This document shows, in pieces, positions 60,817 to 64,000 of a DNA stretch of 64,000 nt. The notes under the pieces are model-generated. The model had not been told where the DNA came from. It worked only from the letters and a program-made list of their open reading frames with translations, and ran no database searches. Made by a program: the position numbers and the translations under genes. This DNA comes from Candidatus Latescibacterota bacterium (GTDB lineage: Bacteria > Krumholzibacteriota > Krumholzibacteriia > WVZY01), in contig CAWBQK010000006.1 in NCBI GenBank assembly GCA_963791045.1, forward strand, positions 224,001 to 288,000, in the 5' to 3' direction. Each line of letters begins with the position of its first letter. Position 1 is the stretch's first letter.

Positions 60817-61117
60817 GGTACGGGTGGCCGTTCACGATCTGGGTAGTTGAAGCGTCTGAGCTTAACAACCCACACTCGCTTCGCTCGCCGGCGGGGCCCC
60901 CGAGGCGGCGCAGCGTCGCGGAGTGCGGGTGGCGTGCACGGTGCTCTTGTCGACGAACCAGTGGTCGTGTCGTGACCGGAGCTACTATCAGCGAATAAGC
61001 GATCCGCACGAAGCTTAAGCGAGCACGCCCGGGCTAGCCATTCAAGCTATCGAAGCTTCCGAGGCAAGCACCCCGCACGTCGCTTCGCTCCGGGTGGCCG
61101 ATGACAGGACCCGTACC
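60817..61117. repeat. Dispersed structured non-coding element, copy 2
   Basis: Terminal inverted repeat GGTACGGGT/ACCCGTACC; shares GTTGAAGC.TCTGAGC, CGCTTCGCTCGCCGG.GGGGCCCCCGA, AGCGAGCACG and GACAGGACCCG with copy 1. Confidence 0.75.
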
Positions 61118-61141
61118 GGGCCGGAGAAAGACCCCACCGCG

Positions 61142-61957
61142 CTACCAGTATTTTTCCAGGTGGATATTGCCGGGGGATTTCTTTGTGTGTTCCTTGAAGC
61201 CCTCTGCTTCGAGGACCGGCAGCATGTGCTGGATCATCAGCGGGTTGCCGCAGAGGAAGATGTGTGTGTGGTCCGGGGCCGGCCGCATTCCCCATGGGTC
61301 GTCAAGGGGCCGCTCCCGCCAGTAGTCCTGCAAAAACCCCGTCGGGCCCGTCCAGTCTTCTTTTTCATCTTCAGGTTCGCTGACAATTGCCGAGTAGGCG
61401 AAGTTCTTGTGTGTTTTCGTGGATGCAACGAGTTCTTCGCGGTACCCGAGGTCCCACGTGTGTCGGGCGCCGTGGAGTACTGCAAATTTCCGCGCTTCGG
61501 ACGCGCCGAGATGTGTGCGGAGCATGCTCATGTAGGGTGCGATTCCCGTTCCCGTCGCGACGAACACGATATTTTGATCCGTGGGAACGTGGTCGAGGGT
61601 GAACATCCCCTTGAATTTCGGAGACATCCACAACTCGTCTCCCGGTTGCAGTGCGAACAGCCGCGGCGTGAGCGCTCCCGATGGCACAAGCGCGACGTAG
61701 AATTCGACATACTCTTTTGCCACCGAAGAAGACGCGATCGAGTACGCGCGTTTTATGAGCTTACCCGTTCCTTCTGTCTCTTCACCGGAATCGGCGCCTT
61801 CAATACGCGTCGCATTCGGTGGAAGACCGAGCGCGGCAAACTGTCCGGGGATAAAATCAGGAAGTTCCCACCCGTTGGGCGCCACGCGAAAAATCGCGAG
61901 GCTGGGCGAAACGTCGGAGCGATGGGTAATAACCGAGTTAAGAATGACAGTGCTCAT
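61142..61957 (-). CDS. fpr: Ferredoxin/flavodoxin--NADP+ reductase
   Basis: FIPGQF, RAYSIAS, ATGTGIAPY, LCGNP.MI and C-terminal EKYW. Confidence 0.9.
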   Translation of the reverse strand: MSTVILNSVITHRSDVSPSLAIFRVAPNGWELPDFIPGQFAALGLPPNATRIEGADSGEETEGTGKLIKRAYSIASSSVAKEYVEFYVALVPSGALTPRLFALQPGDELWMSPKFKGMFTLDHVPTDQNIVFVATGTGIAPYMSMLRTHLGASEARKFAVLHGARHTWDLGYREELVASTKTHKNFAYSAIVSEPEDEKEDWTGPTGFLQDYWRERPLDDPWGMRPAPDHTHIFLCGNPLMIQHMLPVLEAEGFKEHTKKSPGNIHLEKYW

Positions 61958-61972
61958 GATTCACGGCGAAGC

Positions 61973-62434
61973 CTACCATGAGGTGTACGGATTGACAATC
62001 AGATTCACATTCAGATAGCGTGAATCTCCCGTTACCTCCTCTCCAACCCAATCCGGTCTCGAAAATTCCTGTTCTTCGCTCTCGAGTTCAATCTCCGCGA
62101 CAATGAGTCCATCGTTGTCTCCGTGAAATTCATCGATCTCCCAGGTCATGCCATCGTGTTCCAACCGGTGCCTCGTTTTTTCGATGATGGGTTTGAGACA
62201 CATCAAGTCGAGTAGTTCATCGGCTTCACCCATCGGGATTTCATACTCGAACTCCAATCGGGTGATTCCCGTACTCATCCCTTTGATGGTGAGGAAAGCT
62301 TTTTCGGGTGTGGTTCGAACCCGGACCGATCGTTGTTCCGCCCGGCTGAGATAACCCTGGCGGTATTTCTTTCCGGGCGCGGATCGCCAATGGTCATTGG
62401 TAACCAGAAATTTTCTTTCAATTTCTTTTGGCAT
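61973..62434 (-). CDS. CYTH-domain protein
   Basis: EIERKFLV, RQGYL, RVR, EFEYEI, IEKTR and AEIEL. Confidence 0.92.
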   Translation of the reverse strand: MPKEIERKFLVTNDHWRSAPGKKYRQGYLSRAEQRSVRVRTTPEKAFLTIKGMSTGITRLEFEYEIPMGEADELLDLMCLKPIIEKTRHRLEHDGMTWEIDEFHGDNDGLIVAEIELESEEQEFSRPDWVGEEVTGDSRYLNVNLIVNPYTSW

Positions 62435-62444
62435 GTCGATCCGA

Positions 62445-63266
62445 TTATCCCAGGGCAACGTCGAGGGTCATCATAACAATAAAACCGAGGATGGAGCCCA
62501 TCGTGGCGGCATCCGCGTGGCCGCTGTCCTGGGCTTCGGGGATGACTTCTTCGATCACGACAAAAATCATCGCGCCCGCGGCGAACGCAAGTGCGTAGGG
62601 GAGAATAGGCCGCCACGAGAGCACGGCGGCGGCGCCGATGACGCCGGCAATGGGTTCAACCATTCCCGACAGCTGCCCGAACCAGAAGCTCTTTACTTTG
62701 GAGACGCCTTCCCGGGCCAGAGGCATCGATACGGCGGATCCCTCGGGGAGATTCTGAATTCCGATACCAAGCGCGAGCGCGACCGCTCCGGCCACCGTCG
62801 CGGAATCAATTCCGTGCGCCGCCGCGCCGAACGCGACACCGACGGCAAGCCCTTCCGGGATATTATGAAGCGTTATGGCCAGAACGAGGAGCGTCGTGCG
62901 CCGCCATCCCGTCTGGATACCTTCGGCTTCCTCTATCGGTTTGAAAACATGAAGGTGAGGAATCAATCTGTCCGCCAACCGCAGGAAAATAGCGCCGAGT
63001 CCGAAACCTACCGCTGCGGGAAACCACTCGGGAAATCTGCCCCCCTGGCTCATCTCGATGGCCGGCGCAAGGAGGGACCAGAAACTCGCCGCGATCATCA
63101 CACCGGCGGCAAAACCGAGCATGATATCGAGCACCCGGCGGTTCTCGCGATGGACAAAGAAAACGAGGCCGGCACCGATCGCCGTCATCCCCCATGTGAA
63201 CAGTGTTGCCAGGAGCGCCTGGACGACGGGATTCATGTGGGTCAGATTTGCAACCAGGTTGTCCAT
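62445..63266 (-). CDS. ZIP-family metal transporter (ZupT/GufA-like)
   Basis: LHNIPEGLAVG, IQNLPEG and EEVIPE. Confidence 0.92.
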   Translation of the reverse strand: MDNLVANLTHMNPVVQALLATLFTWGMTAIGAGLVFFVHRENRRVLDIMLGFAAGVMIAASFWSLLAPAIEMSQGGRFPEWFPAAVGFGLGAIFLRLADRLIPHLHVFKPIEEAEGIQTGWRRTTLLVLAITLHNIPEGLAVGVAFGAAAHGIDSATVAGAVALALGIGIQNLPEGSAVSMPLAREGVSKVKSFWFGQLSGMVEPIAGVIGAAAVLSWRPILPYALAFAAGAMIFVVIEEVIPEAQDSGHADAATMGSILGFIVMMTLDVALG

Positions 63267-63342
63267 TCGGTCCGCACCCCTTTACCGACGTGTTTCCACT
63301 CGTCGTTTTGCGATCGGCTTGCCTGAAGTTGGACGATCTTGA

Positions 63343-63798
63343 TTAATAGTCGAGTATTTTGTCCGCCGCGAGCAAGAGATCGACAACCTCGTCCTGGGTT
63401 CCGATTCTCGCCCCTTTGCGAAGATCGTTTGCCTCCATGCCCGCCGCCATCGCGCAGTGCGGGCAAACAAGGACGCTTCCACCTGCGTTGATATACGATT
63501 CCAGATACGTCGTCAACTCTTTTGAGTGACCCCACTTCATATCGAGCGGTGTATTGAGATCGACGAGCCGAACCCCTTCGAGGTTGACAAACATCGTTAC
63601 GTCGGCCCCCTTTTCCTGAAGGGCGCCGGCGAGCTTGACCGCCATGAACGCGGCGTGGAGATCGTCTGTGTAATGTTTGAGATGCACGACGATTTTTTGC
63701 GGATCATCCGCGGAGGGTGCGCCCACGATTACGCCGGCGATGAGCGCCGCGAGACCTGCGATCGCCAAGAATCTTGACGCGTTCTTTCCAATAAGCAT
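63343..63798 (-). CDS. DsrE-family protein with a signal peptide
   Basis: VTMFVNLEGV and VLVCPHC; N-terminal signal. Confidence 0.8.
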   Translation of the reverse strand: MLIGKNASRFLAIAGLAALIAGVIVGAPSADDPQKIVVHLKHYTDDLHAAFMAVKLAGALQEKGADVTMFVNLEGVRLVDLNTPLDMKWGHSKELTTYLESYINAGGSVLVCPHCAMAAGMEANDLRKGARIGTQDEVVDLLLAADKILDY

Positions 63799-63824
63799 GG
63801 ATCCGTCCTTCCCGGTTGACGTGG

Positions 63825-64000
63825 TCAGTTTTTGAGACGGTACACAATAAACGTCAGGTCATCGAGCTTCGACGGGTTGCCGTTGCCCGGGTTGTGCATT
63901 CGCCTGTGGGCTCTTTCGGAAAGCGCTTTCAGCGATCCGTCGAGCGGCCCTTTCCGTATGGCGTCGACTATTTCCTGTGTGTTGAGATTGTCCGAGAGGC
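63825..64000 (-). CDS. PP2C/SpoIIE-type phosphatase, C-terminal fragment (runs off the window)
   Basis: My translation: LSDNLNTQEIVDAIRKG...SKLDDLTFIVYRLKN*, matching the PP2C (DG)LSDN and DDLT motifs. Confidence 0.7.
   Translation of the reverse strand, partial: LSDNLNTQEIVDAIRKGPLDGSLKALSERAHRRMHNPGNGNPSKLDDLTFIVYRLKN

Overview
Gene-dense bacterial chromosomal window of about 45 CDS. I found no rRNA, tRNA, CRISPR array, transposase or integrase. Five exported proteins end in a FlgD-Ig/T9SS-like tail (L.QN.PNPFNP.T.I...SGVYF...KMV) and two end in a 'TWGxIKxLY'-type motif; together these suggest an FCB-group candidate lineage such as Latescibacterota/Krumholzibacteria (inference only). Many genes, including housekeeping fumarase, carry clustered frameshifts that look like long-read consensus indels. 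The most unusual elements are these. (1) A 10.7-kb minus-strand tandem array (5140-15836) of four paralogous ~780-aa secreted proteins, each built from three ~220-aa Cys-stapled repeats plus a sorting tail, interleaved with two copies of a small N-anchored protein carrying three T-x-x-E-[RK]-x-K motifs. (2) A ~260-300-nt structured non-coding element present twice (1278-1539 and 60817-61117), both between convergent genes, with a compensatorily co-varying closing stem. (3) An exported LIM-domain DA1-like metalloprotease flanked by two Hanks-type receptor kinases and followed by an S8 protease. (4) An apparently AT-richer envelope block (20.7-30 kb) with an O-antigen-ligase-like gene, a WGxxK-tailed protein and a DUF3857/transglutaminase pair. 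The rest is ordinary: arfB, flavin reductase, an ECF/anti-sigma/Spy locus, DASS transporter, HugZ-like protein, parvulin, fumarase, FNR, CYTH, ZIP and DsrE.
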